A stretch of 61,467 nucleotides of DNA from assembly GCA_046723845.1 (NCBI GenBank), contig JBKOVG010000056.1:1-61467 (forward strand). Direction: 5' to 3'. A model generated the notes under the pieces. It searched no databases and was not told where the DNA came from. It saw only the letters and a list, made by a program, of their open reading frames with translations. Position numbers and translations under genes: made by a program. Shown piece after piece: positions 26,675-36,864 of this stretch; positions within the stretch are counted from its first letter, which is position 1; every line of letters starts with the position of its first letter. This stretch comes from Candidatus Methylomirabilota bacterium (GTDB lineage: Bacteria; Methylomirabilota; Methylomirabilia; Rokubacteriales; CSP1-6).

Positions 26675-27925
26675 ATGAGCAATGGCAAGCGGTCTTCGTC
26701 GTCCGCGCGGGTCACGCGGCGATCTTTCATGGTCACGAGCGGCGCCGCTGCCGCGGTGACGGGGTTCCCCGCCGTGCTGCGCGCGCAGTCTCGTGAGGTC
26801 AAGGTCGGCTACATCCTGCCCGTGACGGGGCCGCTGGCCTTCGAGGCCGCGCTGGCCCTCAACGGCCTCACCCTCGCCACCGACGAGATCAACGCCGGGG
26901 GCGGCATCAAGTCGCTGGGCGGCGCCAAGATCACCCTGCTGCCCGGTGACACGCAGAACAAGGTCGAGCTGGGTAACTCCGAGGCCTCGCGTCTCATCGA
27001 CCAGGGCGCGGTGGCCATCATCGGCCCCTTCTCGAGCCTGGTCGCCTTCTCCGTGCGCCAGGTGACGGAGAAGAACCGCACGCCCTTCCTCCTCCTCGCC
27101 GCGGTGGCCGACAACCTGACGGAGGGCGGGCTCAAGTACACCTTCCGCATGCAGCCCAACGGCAAGGCCATGGCCACGCTCACCGTGAGCAACATGTTCG
27201 ACATGGCCAAGAGCGCCAACGTGCCCATTCGACGCGTGGCCATGATGCACGAGGAAGGCAACTTCGGCACCACCATGGGCAACCACGTGGAGGCCTTCGC
27301 CAAGACCATGGGCTACGAGCTGGTGCAGCGCATTCCCTACAACCTGCGCTCGCCCGATCTCACCTCCGAGCTCTCCAAGGTCAAAGCGGCCCGGCCAGAT
27401 CTCCTGATCGTGAGCGGCTACTACGGCGACTCCAAGCTCATCGCGGAGACGGCGGCCAAGCTCAAGATCGGCGTCAACGCCCTCGTGGGCCTGGCCAACG
27501 CCGCCTACTCGAATCCGAAATTCATCGCGGAGAACCGAGAGCTGACCGAGCAGCTCTTCGACGGCAACTACTGGCACAACCCGCAGAGCCCCCGCGCCCG
27601 CGCCGTCTTCGACGCCTACCAGAAGAAGTTCGGCACCACCATGTCGAACCACAGCGTGCAGGGCTACGAGGTCGTGTTCGTGCTCCGCGATGCCCTCGAG
27701 CGGGCGGGCTCCATGGATCGCGACAAGCTGCGCGAGGCCATCGCCAAGACCAACCTCACCGACCAGATCCTGACCCAGGAGTCCATCCGCTTCGACGAGA
27801 CGGGCGAGGACATCTACGCCACGCCCGCGCTGATCCAGGTGCAGAACGGCAAGCCGGTGGTGGTCGGTCCCGCGAAGTACGCGGAGGCCAAGCCGATCTT
27901 CCCCGTCCTCAAGTGGAAGGGATAG
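26675..27925 (+). CDS. Branched-chain-amino-acid-type (LivJ/K family) ABC substrate-binding protein with Tat-like signal
   Basis: The internal Met starts 'MSNGKRSSSSARVTRRSFMVTSGAAAAVTGFPAVLRA' (RR motif). 'VKVGYILPVTGPLA' is typical of type-I periplasmic binding proteins. Confidence 0.85.
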   Translation: MSNGKRSSSSARVTRRSFMVTSGAAAAVTGFPAVLRAQSREVKVGYILPVTGPLAFEAALALNGLTLATDEINAGGGIKSLGGAKITLLPGDTQNKVELGNSEASRLIDQGAVAIIGPFSSLVAFSVRQVTEKNRTPFLLLAAVADNLTEGGLKYTFRMQPNGKAMATLTVSNMFDMAKSANVPIRRVAMMHEEGNFGTTMGNHVEAFAKTMGYELVQRIPYNLRSPDLTSELSKVKAARPDLLIVSGYYGDSKLIAETAAKLKIGVNALVGLANAAYSNPKFIAENRELTEQLFDGNYWHNPQSPRARAVFDAYQKKFGTTMSNHSVQGYEVVFVLRDALERAGSMDRDKLREAIAKTNLTDQILTQESIRFDETGEDIYATPALIQVQNGKPVVVGPAKYAEAKPIFPVLKWKG

Positions 27926-28103
27926 GCGGGCTGCTGAAAAAGGCTTATCTGCTTCGTTGGCGCCCTCGGCCGCACGCTCAACGTACAATAAGTACGCCTC
28001 GCGTGCGGATCGACTCGGGTCTCGTCTCGCCACGACCAGAGGTCGCCGCTCGACTCGAACGGCGGGGCGCCGCCTCGCATCTGGACCTTTTTGAGCAGCC
28101 CGC
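27926..28103. repeat. MITE-like repeat element, copy B2, with 27-nt terminal inverted repeats
   Basis: TIR-L at 27926-27952 is 'gcgggctgctgaaaaaggcttatctgc'. The reverse complement of TIR-R at 28077-28103 is 'gcgggctgctcaaaaaggtccagatgc'. The element fills exactly the gap between the substrate-binding-protein stop (27925) and the permease start (28107). Confidence 0.75.
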
Positions 28104-28106
28104 GGC

Positions 28107-29015
28107 TTGGGAAATCAGTCTGGATGGTCAGGCGGTGACGTGACCTGGGGGCTCCTCCTCCAGGCCGTCGTCAGCGGTCTGCTCCTGGGCGGGGTGTACG
28201 GGCTGGTCGCTTGCGGGCTCAGCCTGGTCTTCGGCGTGCTCCGCATCATCAACTTCGCCCACGGCGCGGTGATGATGCTGGCCATGTATGCCACGTACTG
28301 GCTCTTCGTGCTGGCCGGCGTCGATCCCTACCTCTCGATGGTGGTGACGGCCCCGCTCTTCTTCCTTCTCGGCGTGCTGATCCAGAAGGTTGTCATCGAG
28401 CCCAATCGCACGGCGGCCGAGCACAACCAGCTCCTCCTCACCTTGGGCCTCGCGCTCTTCTTCGAGAACCTCGCCCTCGTGCTCTGGCAGGGAGACTTCC
28501 GCACCGTCAAGGTCTCCTACTCGAGCGCCTCCTTCATGCTGGGCGACGCGCTGGTCGAGGTGCCGCGCCTGGTTGCCTCGGCAGGCGCCGTCGTCATGGC
28601 GGGCGGGCTCTTCGCCTTCCTGCGCCTCACCGACGTGGGCAAGGCCCTGCGCGCGCTGGCCGAGGAGCCGGAGGGCGCGGCCCTCGTCGGCATCAACGTC
28701 CCCCGCATCCGTGCGGCGAGCTTCGGCCTCGGCTCGGCCTGCGTGGCGGTGGCGGGGGCGCTCATCACGCCGTTCTTCTACGTGGCGCCCGACGTGGCCG
28801 AGTCGTTCAACATCATGGCCTTCGTGGTGGTGGTGCTGGGCGGTATGAGTAACCTCGTGGGTGCCCTCGCGGGCGGCTTCATCGTGGGGCTCGCGGAGTC
28901 GCTGGGGGCGGCCTTCCTGCCCGGCTCGCTCAAGCTCCTCGTGGTCTTCGCGATCTTCATCCTCGTGCTGCTCTTCCGGCCCCAGGGCCTCTTCGGCGGC
29001 TCGCGTGGGCGCTAG
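28107..29015 (+). CDS. Branched-chain amino acid ABC permease (LivH type)
   Basis: 'GLLLGGVYGLVACGLSLVFGVLRIINFAHG' is the LivH N-terminal signature. The start codon is uncertain (TTG 28107 or a downstream GTG). Confidence 0.8.
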   Translation: MGNQSGWSGGDVTWGLLLQAVVSGLLLGGVYGLVACGLSLVFGVLRIINFAHGAVMMLAMYATYWLFVLAGVDPYLSMVVTAPLFFLLGVLIQKVVIEPNRTAAEHNQLLLTLGLALFFENLALVLWQGDFRTVKVSYSSASFMLGDALVEVPRLVASAGAVVMAGGLFAFLRLTDVGKALRALAEEPEGAALVGINVPRIRAASFGLGSACVAVAGALITPFFYVAPDVAESFNIMAFVVVVLGGMSNLVGALAGGFIVGLAESLGAAFLPGSLKLLVVFAIFILVLLFRPQGLFGGSRGR

Positions 29016-29958
29016 GCTCGGCGGCGTCCTCGCCGTCATCCTCCTCCTCGCTCTGCCGCCTGTCCTGTCGAAGTACCAGCTCGAGATCCTCATCAGCGTG
29101 CTGTTCTGGGCCTATCTCGGCATCGCGTGGAATCTCCTCGGCGGCTACGCGGGACAGTTCTCGTTCGGCCACGCCGCGTTCTTCGGCATCGGCGCCTACA
29201 CCTCCACCCTCCTCCTGCTCCGAGCGGGACTGACGCCGTGGGTGGGCATGGCGGCGGGGGGCGCGCTCGCCGCGGCCTTCGGTCTCTTCGAGGGGTATCT
29301 GTCCTTCCGCTACGGGCTCAAGGGCCCGTACTTCTCCCTCGTCACCCTCGCCTTCGCGGAGATGCTGCGGGTGATCGCGGTCAACACCAAAGCGGTGGGA
29401 TCATCGCTTGGCCTGGTGGTGCCGACCACACGTAGCGCGCCTCAGCTGCTCATCTTCGCGGAGAAGCTGCCCTACTACTACATCATCCTCGCCATGGGCG
29501 TGCTGGCCCTGGCCCTCACGTGGAAGATCGGACGGTCGCGCCTCGGCTTCTCCCTGGCCGCGGTGCGCGAGAACGAGGACGCCGCGGAGACGGCCGGCGT
29601 GGACGCGCTCGCCATCAAGCTCCGCGCCATGGCCCTCTCGTCCTTCCTCACCGCGCTGGGCGGCACCTTCTACGCGCAGTACTTCGCCTACATCGACCCG
29701 ACCATCACCTTCGGGCCGAGCGTGTCCATCGGCGCGCTCCTGCCCGCCATCGTGGGAGGGGCGGGCACGGCGCTCGGGCCCGTGCTGGGCTCCTTCGTGC
29801 TCACCCCGCTCTCCGAGCTGACGCGCTTCGCCCTCCGCGGGCGCGCAGGCGCGGACGTCATGCTCTACGGTGCTGTGCTCGTTCTCGTGATCTCCTTTCT
29901 CCCTCAAGGCATCATGGGGCTGGTGCGCGAGCGCCGCCGCCGAGCGAGCCGAGCGTGA
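29005..29958 (+). CDS. Branched-chain amino acid ABC permease (LivM type)
   Basis: 'YLGIAWNLLGGYAGQFSFGHAAFFGIGAY' is present. The GTG at 29005 overlaps the end of the LivH-type gene. Confidence 0.8.
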   Translation: MGARLGGVLAVILLLALPPVLSKYQLEILISVLFWAYLGIAWNLLGGYAGQFSFGHAAFFGIGAYTSTLLLLRAGLTPWVGMAAGGALAAAFGLFEGYLSFRYGLKGPYFSLVTLAFAEMLRVIAVNTKAVGSSLGLVVPTTRSAPQLLIFAEKLPYYYIILAMGVLALALTWKIGRSRLGFSLAAVRENEDAAETAGVDALAIKLRAMALSSFLTALGGTFYAQYFAYIDPTITFGPSVSIGALLPAIVGGAGTALGPVLGSFVLTPLSELTRFALRGRAGADVMLYGAVLVLVISFLPQGIMGLVRERRRRASRA

Positions 29959-30667
29959 GCCTGCTCGAGATCTCCGGTCTGACCAAGCGCTTCGGCGGGC
30001 TCCTCGCCGTGAGCCAGTTCGATCTCGCCGTCGAGGCGGGGGAGATCGTCGGGCTCATCGGCCCCAACGGGGCGGGGAAGACCACCGTGTTCCACTTGAT
30101 CGCGGGCTTCCACGCGCCGACCTCGGGCGAGATCCGGTTCAAAGGCGCGTCCCTCGTGGGCGCCAAGCCGCACGCCGTCTGCCGGCGCGGGCTCACGCGC
30201 ACCTTCCAGATCGTGCAGCCCTTCGCCGGGCTCACCGTGATCGAGAACGTCATGGTCGGCGCCTTCAATCGCGAGCGCGACGCGGAAGCGGCGAGGCGAT
30301 CGGCGCAGGAGATCGTGGACTTCGTGGGCCTGGGCCCGCGCCGCGACGCTCCCGCGCGCAGCCTCACCCTCTCGGATCGCAAGCGCCTCGAGATCGCGCG
30401 CGGCCTCGCCACGCGTCCCGAGCTGCTCCTCCTCGACGAAGCCATGTCCGGGCTCAACCCCACGGAGATCGAGGCCATCATCGGCTTGATCCGGCGCATC
30501 CACGCCCGCGGGGTGAGCCTGCTCATCATCGAGCACGTGATGCAGGCGATCATGGCGCTCTCCCACCGGCTCGTCGTGCTCCACCATGGCGAGAAGCTGG
30601 CGGAGGGCTCGCCCGCCGCCGTCGCCTCCGATCGGCGCGTCATCGAGGCCTACCTGGGAGAGAGCGC

Positions 30668-30671
<4 letters not shown>
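29955..30671 (+). CDS. Branched-chain amino acid ABC ATP-binding protein (LivG type)
   Basis: The GTG at 29955 makes a GTGA overlap. 'GPNGAGKTT', 'GLTRTFQ', 'LSDRKRLEIARGLA' and 'LLLLDEAMSGLN' are present. Confidence 0.85.
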
Positions 30672-31378
<707 letters not shown>

Positions 31379-31403
31379 GCGCCTGACCGCGCCCCGCCCC
31401 TCC

Positions 31404-31443
31404 CTCCGCCGCATTCGCTCGCGCGCGAGCGTCTCCGGCGGAG
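31404..31443 (+). terminator. GC-rich stem-loop downstream of the Liv-type operon (terminator-like, no U-tract)
   Basis: 'ctccgccg' at 31404-31411 pairs with 'cggcggag' at 31436-31443. An inner palindrome 'gctcgcgcgcgagc' lies between the arms. Confidence 0.35.
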
Positions 31444-31626
31444 TGTGATGCGCCACCGAGCGTTGTCCGGAGCGATCCGACACGCTATAGTTCACCGCAC
31501 GTCGCGTTGCTTCATCTGGGTGCCGGACAATGGCAAGTTCTCCGGGGAGATCGTGTACATCGCTCTGATCGCCGGCTGAGACCGGGAGGATGGTCTCCGC
31601 CCGGTGGCTCGGGGAAGGAGGGCGCC

Positions 31627-32175
31627 ATGTTCGATGTTGACCGGTTCATCGCCGACTGCCGCGCCGCCGTGCGCAGCGAGCCGGCCGTGCTCGAGGTCGT
31701 CGCGCGCGCCGTGTCCAGTCCGACCGAGGTCCTGGAGGCTCTCGGCGCTCCGCAGCGCGCAGGGGTGGCGGTGCTCCATCGATCGGATGAGCTCACCGTG
31801 CTCAACCTTGTCTGGGGACCGCGGATGTGCCAGATACCCCACAATCACGGAATGTGGGCGGTCATCGGCATCTACACGGGCCGCGAGGACAACATCTTCT
31901 GGCGGCGGTCGAAGAGCGGGCCCGAGCACCGGATCGAGGCGGCCGGGGCGAAGGCCGTGAGCGACAGGGAGGCGGTGCCGCTCGGGCGTGACATCATCCA
32001 TTCCGTGATCAACCCGATCAAACGCCTAACGGGCGCCCTTCATGTGTACGGGGGTGATTTCTTTGCGGTCCCCCGGAGCGAGTGGGATCCAGAGCGCCTG
32101 GTGGAGCAGCCCTACGACGTCGAGAAGACGCTGGCCCTGTTCGAAGAGTCCAATCGGCTGTATCCGTCGCCCTGA
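31627..32175 (+). CDS. Cupin-fold metalloprotein (double-stranded beta-helix, cysteine-dioxygenase-like)
   Basis: The Met at 31627 follows GGAAGGAGG. His-rich motifs 'IPHNHGMWAVIGIYTGRE' and 'IIHSVINP' are present. Confidence 0.55.
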   Translation: MFDVDRFIADCRAAVRSEPAVLEVVARAVSSPTEVLEALGAPQRAGVAVLHRSDELTVLNLVWGPRMCQIPHNHGMWAVIGIYTGREDNIFWRRSKSGPEHRIEAAGAKAVSDREAVPLGRDIIHSVINPIKRLTGALHVYGGDFFAVPRSEWDPERLVEQPYDVEKTLALFEESNRLYPSP

Positions 32176-32242
32176 CGCGTGCCCGGACGACCGAGGTGAT
32201 GCGCGGGCCGCGGGAGCCCACTGGAGAACGAGAGGACATCAC

Positions 32243-33637
32243 GTGACCGACTGGACCATAGGAAGCCTCGCGGAGGCCATCCGAGCGAAGAAGATCTCGC
32301 CGATGGAAGCGGTGCAGGGATATCTGGATCGCATAGCGAAGGTCAACCCGACCCTGCGCGCCTTCATCACCGTGGACGCCGAGGGAGCGCTGGCGCGCGC
32401 CCGCGCATTGGAGAGGGAGCCGTCCCGAGGTCCCTTGCACGGCGTGCCCCTCGCCTACAAGGACCTCTGCGCCATCAAGGGACTGCCGACCTCGTGCGGC
32501 ACGAAGACGCCCGACTACTTCCTCTCCGCGCGTGACTGCACCCCGGTGACCCGGCTCTCGCGGGCCGGCGCCGTCACCCTCGGCAAGCTCAACATGAGCG
32601 AGCTCGCCATGGGCCCCTTCGGAGACAACGCGCATCATGGCGACGCTCAGAACCCCTGGCGCCCCGGTCACATCACGGGCGGTTCGTCGAGCGGCTCCGG
32701 CGGGGCGGTGGCCGCGCGGCTCTGCGCGGGCGCCCTGGGCAGTGACACGGGCGGCTCGATCCGCCTCCCCGCCGCGGTCTGCGGCATCGTGGGGCTCAAG
32801 CCCACGTACGGGCGCGTGAGCCGCGCGGGAGCCATGGCGCTGTCCTGGTCCCATGACCATCTCGGACCCATGACCCTCACCGTGCGCGATTGCGCGCTGC
32901 TCCTGGGTATCATCGCCGGTCGCGATGCCGCGGACGCCACCTCGAGTCACCGGAAGGTGCCGGACTACGTGGGAGTGCTTGCCGGCCCCGTGCGCGGATT
33001 GCGCATCGGCGTGCCCGAGGGCTACTACTTCGCCGGTCTCCATCCGGATGTCGAGCGGGCCACCCGGGACGCGATCGATGCCATGGGAAAGCTCGGGGCG
33101 CGGGTGGAGCGCCTGACCGTGTCCGATCCGGAGCCCATGGTCGCCGCCTGCAACAACAAGATGGTCGCCGCAGAGGCCGCGGCCATTCACTCGCGGATTC
33201 TCAAGGAGCGGCCGGGAGAGCTCCAGCCCGCGGTCCTCGCGCGGCTGGCCCCCGGGCTCCGCGTGTCGGCCTACGACTACATCCAGGGATCGCGGCTGCG
33301 GGCACGTCTCACTCGCGAGTTCATCGCGGACGTCTTCTCGAGAGTGGATGTCCTCGTCGCGCCCACCATCCCCGAGCCCGCCCCTGCCCTCGCCGAGGCG
33401 AAGTCGGGCACCACCGACGAGGTGGTCAGGCGGATGGGCCGCTTCTCTCGGCTCACCCGCCCGTTCAACGCCCTCGGCCTGCCCGTCCTCTCCGTGCCAT
33501 GCGGCTTCTCCGCCGCGGGTCTGCCCGTCGGGCTGCAGATCGTCGGCCGCCCGTTCGACGAGGCCACCATCCTCAGGCTGGGGCATGCCTACGACCAGGC
33601 GGCCGGCTGGACCGGACGCCGCCCCGATATCGACTGA
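32243..33637 (+). CDS. Amidase-signature amidase (GatA-like), copy 1
   Basis: The GTG at 32243 follows GAGAGGA. 'GVPLAYKDL' and 'GGSSSGSGGAVAA' are present, in 464 aa. Confidence 0.85.
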   Translation: MTDWTIGSLAEAIRAKKISPMEAVQGYLDRIAKVNPTLRAFITVDAEGALARARALEREPSRGPLHGVPLAYKDLCAIKGLPTSCGTKTPDYFLSARDCTPVTRLSRAGAVTLGKLNMSELAMGPFGDNAHHGDAQNPWRPGHITGGSSSGSGGAVAARLCAGALGSDTGGSIRLPAAVCGIVGLKPTYGRVSRAGAMALSWSHDHLGPMTLTVRDCALLLGIIAGRDAADATSSHRKVPDYVGVLAGPVRGLRIGVPEGYYFAGLHPDVERATRDAIDAMGKLGARVERLTVSDPEPMVAACNNKMVAAEAAAIHSRILKERPGELQPAVLARLAPGLRVSAYDYIQGSRLRARLTREFIADVFSRVDVLVAPTIPEPAPALAEAKSGTTDEVVRRMGRFSRLTRPFNALGLPVLSVPCGFSAAGLPVGLQIVGRPFDEATILRLGHAYDQAAGWTGRRPDID

Positions 33638-33684
33638 GAGGGCCGCCGCCTAGTGCGTCTCCAACGAGTATTGGCTACACGCCA

Positions 33685-33866
33685 CGTGCTCCCGCAGAGT
33701 GCCGAGCCAAATTGCGAGCCAGACGAGGCCCGAGGGAGGCCGCAGCCCGAGGCGTATGGAGGTATACGTTGAGGGCTGCGGCCGACCGAGAACGTGGCAT
33801 TTCGAGCTGAGCCGCTCTGTGGCGAGGCGAGAGCTGAGTCGATCTGGCGAAGTCAAGTTGGTCCGG
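33685..33866 (-). repeat. Mosaic intergenic repeat element, copy A2 (inverted relative to A1)
   Basis: The reverse complement shares the A1 blocks 'ccaacttgacttcgccagatcgactcag', 'ttctcggtcggccgcagccctcaacgta' and 'tacgcctcgggctgcggcctccctcgggcctcgtctggctcgcaatttggc'. The module order differs from A1. Confidence 0.7.
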
Positions 33867-33868
33867 CA

Positions 33869-34423
33869 CTAGTCGAAGCGAAGGCGGAAGAAAGGATGCG
33901 CCGGCGCCTCGAAGAAGTGCACGCGGCGCGTGTAGTCGAGGGCGCGCGCGTAGCTCTCGAAGCGCTCGGCGAGGCGCCGGTACGGGGGAGCGGCGTCACG
34001 GGCCGCCGCCCGCGCGTGCTCGGAGACGAAGCGATAGGCGTGCTTGCCCTGTGAGATGTAGAAGCTCGTGCTCGCCGTGCGCTCCACGCGCTCGGGAAAG
34101 ATGCCGCTCATGAAGAGCGTGTAGTCACCGATGTGCCGCCGCACCGTCACCTCGTGCTCGGGCCGGAAGTCCGGCGAGTCTGCCTGCCAGGCCGACTGCA
34201 TCTCCAGCATCATGTCGACCACCGTCTCGAGACGAGGCAGTGCCGTGCCTCTGGGATAGAGGTTCTCCGTCCGGGCGAATCGCGTCAGGAGATCGGCGAG
34301 ATAGGGAACGGCGGGGTCGCCCTGGAGCCCGAGATCATGGAAGCTCGCGCGGATCGCCCGGTCGAAGAAGTGTCGAAGGTCCACCGCAGTCCTCTGGGGT
34401 CGCCGATGATAGCAAACGGACAT
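33869..34423 (-). CDS. Hypothetical protein, no family recognised
   Basis: The internal Met 'MSVCYHRRPQ' at 34423 is preceded by AAGGA. G/C third-position bias holds over 184 codons. I recognise no motif. Confidence 0.45.
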   Translation of the reverse strand: MSVCYHRRPQRTAVDLRHFFDRAIRASFHDLGLQGDPAVPYLADLLTRFARTENLYPRGTALPRLETVVDMMLEMQSAWQADSPDFRPEHEVTVRRHIGDYTLFMSGIFPERVERTASTSFYISQGKHAYRFVSEHARAAARDAAPPYRRLAERFESYARALDYTRRVHFFEAPAHPFFRLRFD

Positions 34424-34545
34424 CGTCGTCCTTGCCGCCCGCACCGTGCTACAGTTCTTCTTCTGCGGCGTCAATCGTGGCATAGCCGCCGCGGTCGTCA
34501 CAAGGGCATCTCGACGAATTCGCACGGTTGAGCGCCTGATGGCAC

Positions 34546-35253
34546 GTGGGTTTCGCCGAGCGGCTTGCTGGCATGCCCTGTGCTGCCGCCGGGGAGGACC
34601 TTACGTCCGGCGCACGGAAACATGCGAGCGAAATGAACTCGAGAGACTTCGGCAGAAACGGTTCGTCAGCTTCTTCGACGGGGCGGCGGAGACCTACCCA
34701 CCCGGAAGGTTTTACGCGAAGCCTGGTCAGGGGCGTCATCAGTGCCCATCCCGTGCTCGGCGCGGGAGCCCTCCTGGTGCTCATCGTGCTCGTGAGCGTG
34801 CTGTCGATTCGACTCCTCTCCGCTCCCGCCGCGAAGAGTGACAACGCGGCCGACATGCTCCACGGTCGCTTTGGCTGGCAGTGGTGCCCCGAGGAATCCG
34901 CATCGGCTGTCACACCGTCCCACGCCGCCCCCATCGAGACGGGCAAGGTGCGCACGGTCAGGCAGGGAGCGCTCGGTGTGGAGTGGTTCTGGTGTCGCTC
35001 GAAGTCGCGCGGAGATCTGGTGGTCCTCCACGCCCGGGTGACCAACTACAGCAGCGACGAGATCGACCGCGTGCTGCTGGACTTCAGCCTCTACGGGGAG
35101 GACGACTCGTTCCTCGGCCACCATTCGGTGGCCATGCGAAAGGTGGAGGGCCACGGATCGTCGAGCGTCGAGGACAAGCTTCCCACCCAGTTCGGCAACT
35201 GGAACAAGTGGACGGCCTGGTCCATGAAGCTGGCCAGCGTGGACACCAACTAG
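34546..35253 (+). CDS. Membrane-anchored hypothetical protein with possible FxLYD-like beta-sandwich domain
   Basis: It has a single TM 'HPVLGAGALLVLIVLVSVLSIRLL' followed by a ~150-aa domain containing 'VLHARVTNYSSDEIDRVLLDFSLYGEDD'. The start is uncertain (ATG at 34633 is also possible). Confidence 0.45.
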   Translation: MGFAERLAGMPCAAAGEDLTSGARKHASEMNSRDFGRNGSSASSTGRRRPTHPEGFTRSLVRGVISAHPVLGAGALLVLIVLVSVLSIRLLSAPAAKSDNAADMLHGRFGWQWCPEESASAVTPSHAAPIETGKVRTVRQGALGVEWFWCRSKSRGDLVVLHARVTNYSSDEIDRVLLDFSLYGEDDSFLGHHSVAMRKVEGHGSSSVEDKLPTQFGNWNKWTAWSMKLASVDTN

Positions 35254-35310
35254 ACGAAGCCTCGCGACGGGCGGAAGAGGCGCCCGCCGCCGCCTCCCCC
35301 CGCCCGGGCC

Positions 35311-36282
35311 TCAGCGCAGTTCGGGAATCACCCAGAGGGGCTTGTCGCCGCGGGCCACCCGCTGCACGTTGTCGAAGGCGTTCCGGAAGGCCTTGGTCCA
35401 GTTTTCCCACGTCGGTCCCGCAGAGTGCGGCGTGAAGGTCACGTTCTCCAGGCCGAAGAGCGGGTGGTTGATGAGGGGCGGCTCCTCCACCATCACGTCG
35501 AGGCCGGCGGCGGCGATCTGCTTGGAGAGGAGCGCATGCCGCAGCGCCTCCTCGTCCACCACGGGGCCGCGGCAGGTGTTGATGAAGATGGCGTCCTTTT
35601 TCATCATGGCGAACTCGCGCGCCCCCATCATCTTGCGCGTCTGTTCGTTGAGCGGCACGTGCAGGCTGACCACGTCGGAGGAGGCGAGCAGTTCGGGGAA
35701 GAGGGCGAACTTCACGCCGAGGGCGTCCTCCTGGTCCTCGGTGAGCCGGATCACGTCGTAGTACTGGATGTCCATGTCGAAGGCCTCGGCGCGCCGGGCC
35801 ACCTTCTTGCCGATGGTGCCGAGCCCCACGATCCCGAGCGTCTTCCCCGCCAGCTCGTAGGTCCGCGTGGTGGCGAAGTCGCCCACCCGCCACTTGCCGT
35901 GGGTGACGTTGATGTGGTGGAAGGCCATCTTCTTGTACACGGCGAGGATGAGCATGATGGTGTGCTCGGCCACCGCCACGGAGTTTGCCCCGCCGTTGTT
36001 GGCGATAGGGACGCCCGCCTGCTTCGCCGCGGCCACGTCGATGCGGTCATAGCCCGCGCTGATGAGCTGCACCAGCTTGAGCTTGGAGCCGGCCTTGAAG
36101 AACGCATCGCTCATCCCCGCCCGCGGGAAGCCGACGTAGTACTCGGCGCCCTCCACGTGCTTGAGAAAGCTGGGATCGTCGTGCTCGCTGACGGCCATCT
36201 CGTAGCCCGCGGGCACCATCGCACGGGCGATCTCCATGATGGGATCGGGCATCTTGGGGGCGAAGACGATCTTGGTGGCCAC
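35311..36282 (-). CDS. D-isomer-specific 2-hydroxyacid dehydrogenase
   Basis: The GTG at 36282 follows AAAGGAG. NAD motif 'GIVGLGTIGKKVARR', 'FINTCRG' and 'TPHSAG' are present. Confidence 0.85.
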   Translation of the reverse strand: MATKIVFAPKMPDPIMEIARAMVPAGYEMAVSEHDDPSFLKHVEGAEYYVGFPRAGMSDAFFKAGSKLKLVQLISAGYDRIDVAAAKQAGVPIANNGGANSVAVAEHTIMLILAVYKKMAFHHINVTHGKWRVGDFATTRTYELAGKTLGIVGLGTIGKKVARRAEAFDMDIQYYDVIRLTEDQEDALGVKFALFPELLASSDVVSLHVPLNEQTRKMMGAREFAMMKKDAIFINTCRGPVVDEEALRHALLSKQIAAAGLDVMVEEPPLINHPLFGLENVTFTPHSAGPTWENWTKAFRNAFDNVQRVARGDKPLWVIPELR

Positions 36283-36310
36283 GGGAATCTCCTTTGATCC
36301 TCGGTTCGGG

Positions 36311-36739
36311 CTAGGTCTTGGGTAAGAGGAGCATGTAGGTCGCGCGTCCAACCGCCACGAGCTTGCCCGCGCCGTCGGTAATGCGGGCCTCGCCGAAGGC
36401 GATGCTGCGGCCGCGACGGAGCAGCCGTCCCTCCGCGAGGATCTCGCCATCGCCCGCGGCGGCGAGGAAGCTGACGTTGAGATCGAGGGTGGTCTGGCCC
36501 ACGCCACCCGCCGCGTGCTCGTGGGTCGTCCCGAGGGCGCCGCCCACCGCCATGTCCACCAGCGCGCTGAGGACGCCGCCGTGCACGGGAGCGCCCGCCG
36601 CGTTGCGCAGCGGATCGCGCACGGGCACGCGCAGCTTCACCCACCCCTCGCCCGCCTCGTCCACCTGCACGTCGAGATAGCGCCAGAAGAGATTGGTCTG
36701 AGCCCGCTCGCGGGCGAGGCTGAGGAGATCGGAAGGCAT
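36311..36739 (-). CDS. PaaI-family hotdog-fold thioesterase
   Basis: 142 aa with 'NAAGAPVHGGVLSALVDMAVGGA'. Confidence 0.8.
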   Translation of the reverse strand: MPSDLLSLARERAQTNLFWRYLDVQVDEAGEGWVKLRVPVRDPLRNAAGAPVHGGVLSALVDMAVGGALGTTHEHAAGGVGQTTLDLNVSFLAAAGDGEILAEGRLLRRGRSIAFGEARITDGAGKLVAVGRATYMLLLPKT

Positions 36740-36864
36740 GGAAGCTCATTTATACCGAAAAGCCGTACGGGACTCAAACGCCCGCCTCCGCCGCGTCCGC
36801 GGTTTGGTAGACTCGGCCCCGGTCCACGGCGGACGCGCACTCACCACCCAGTGCAGGGGGAGAC

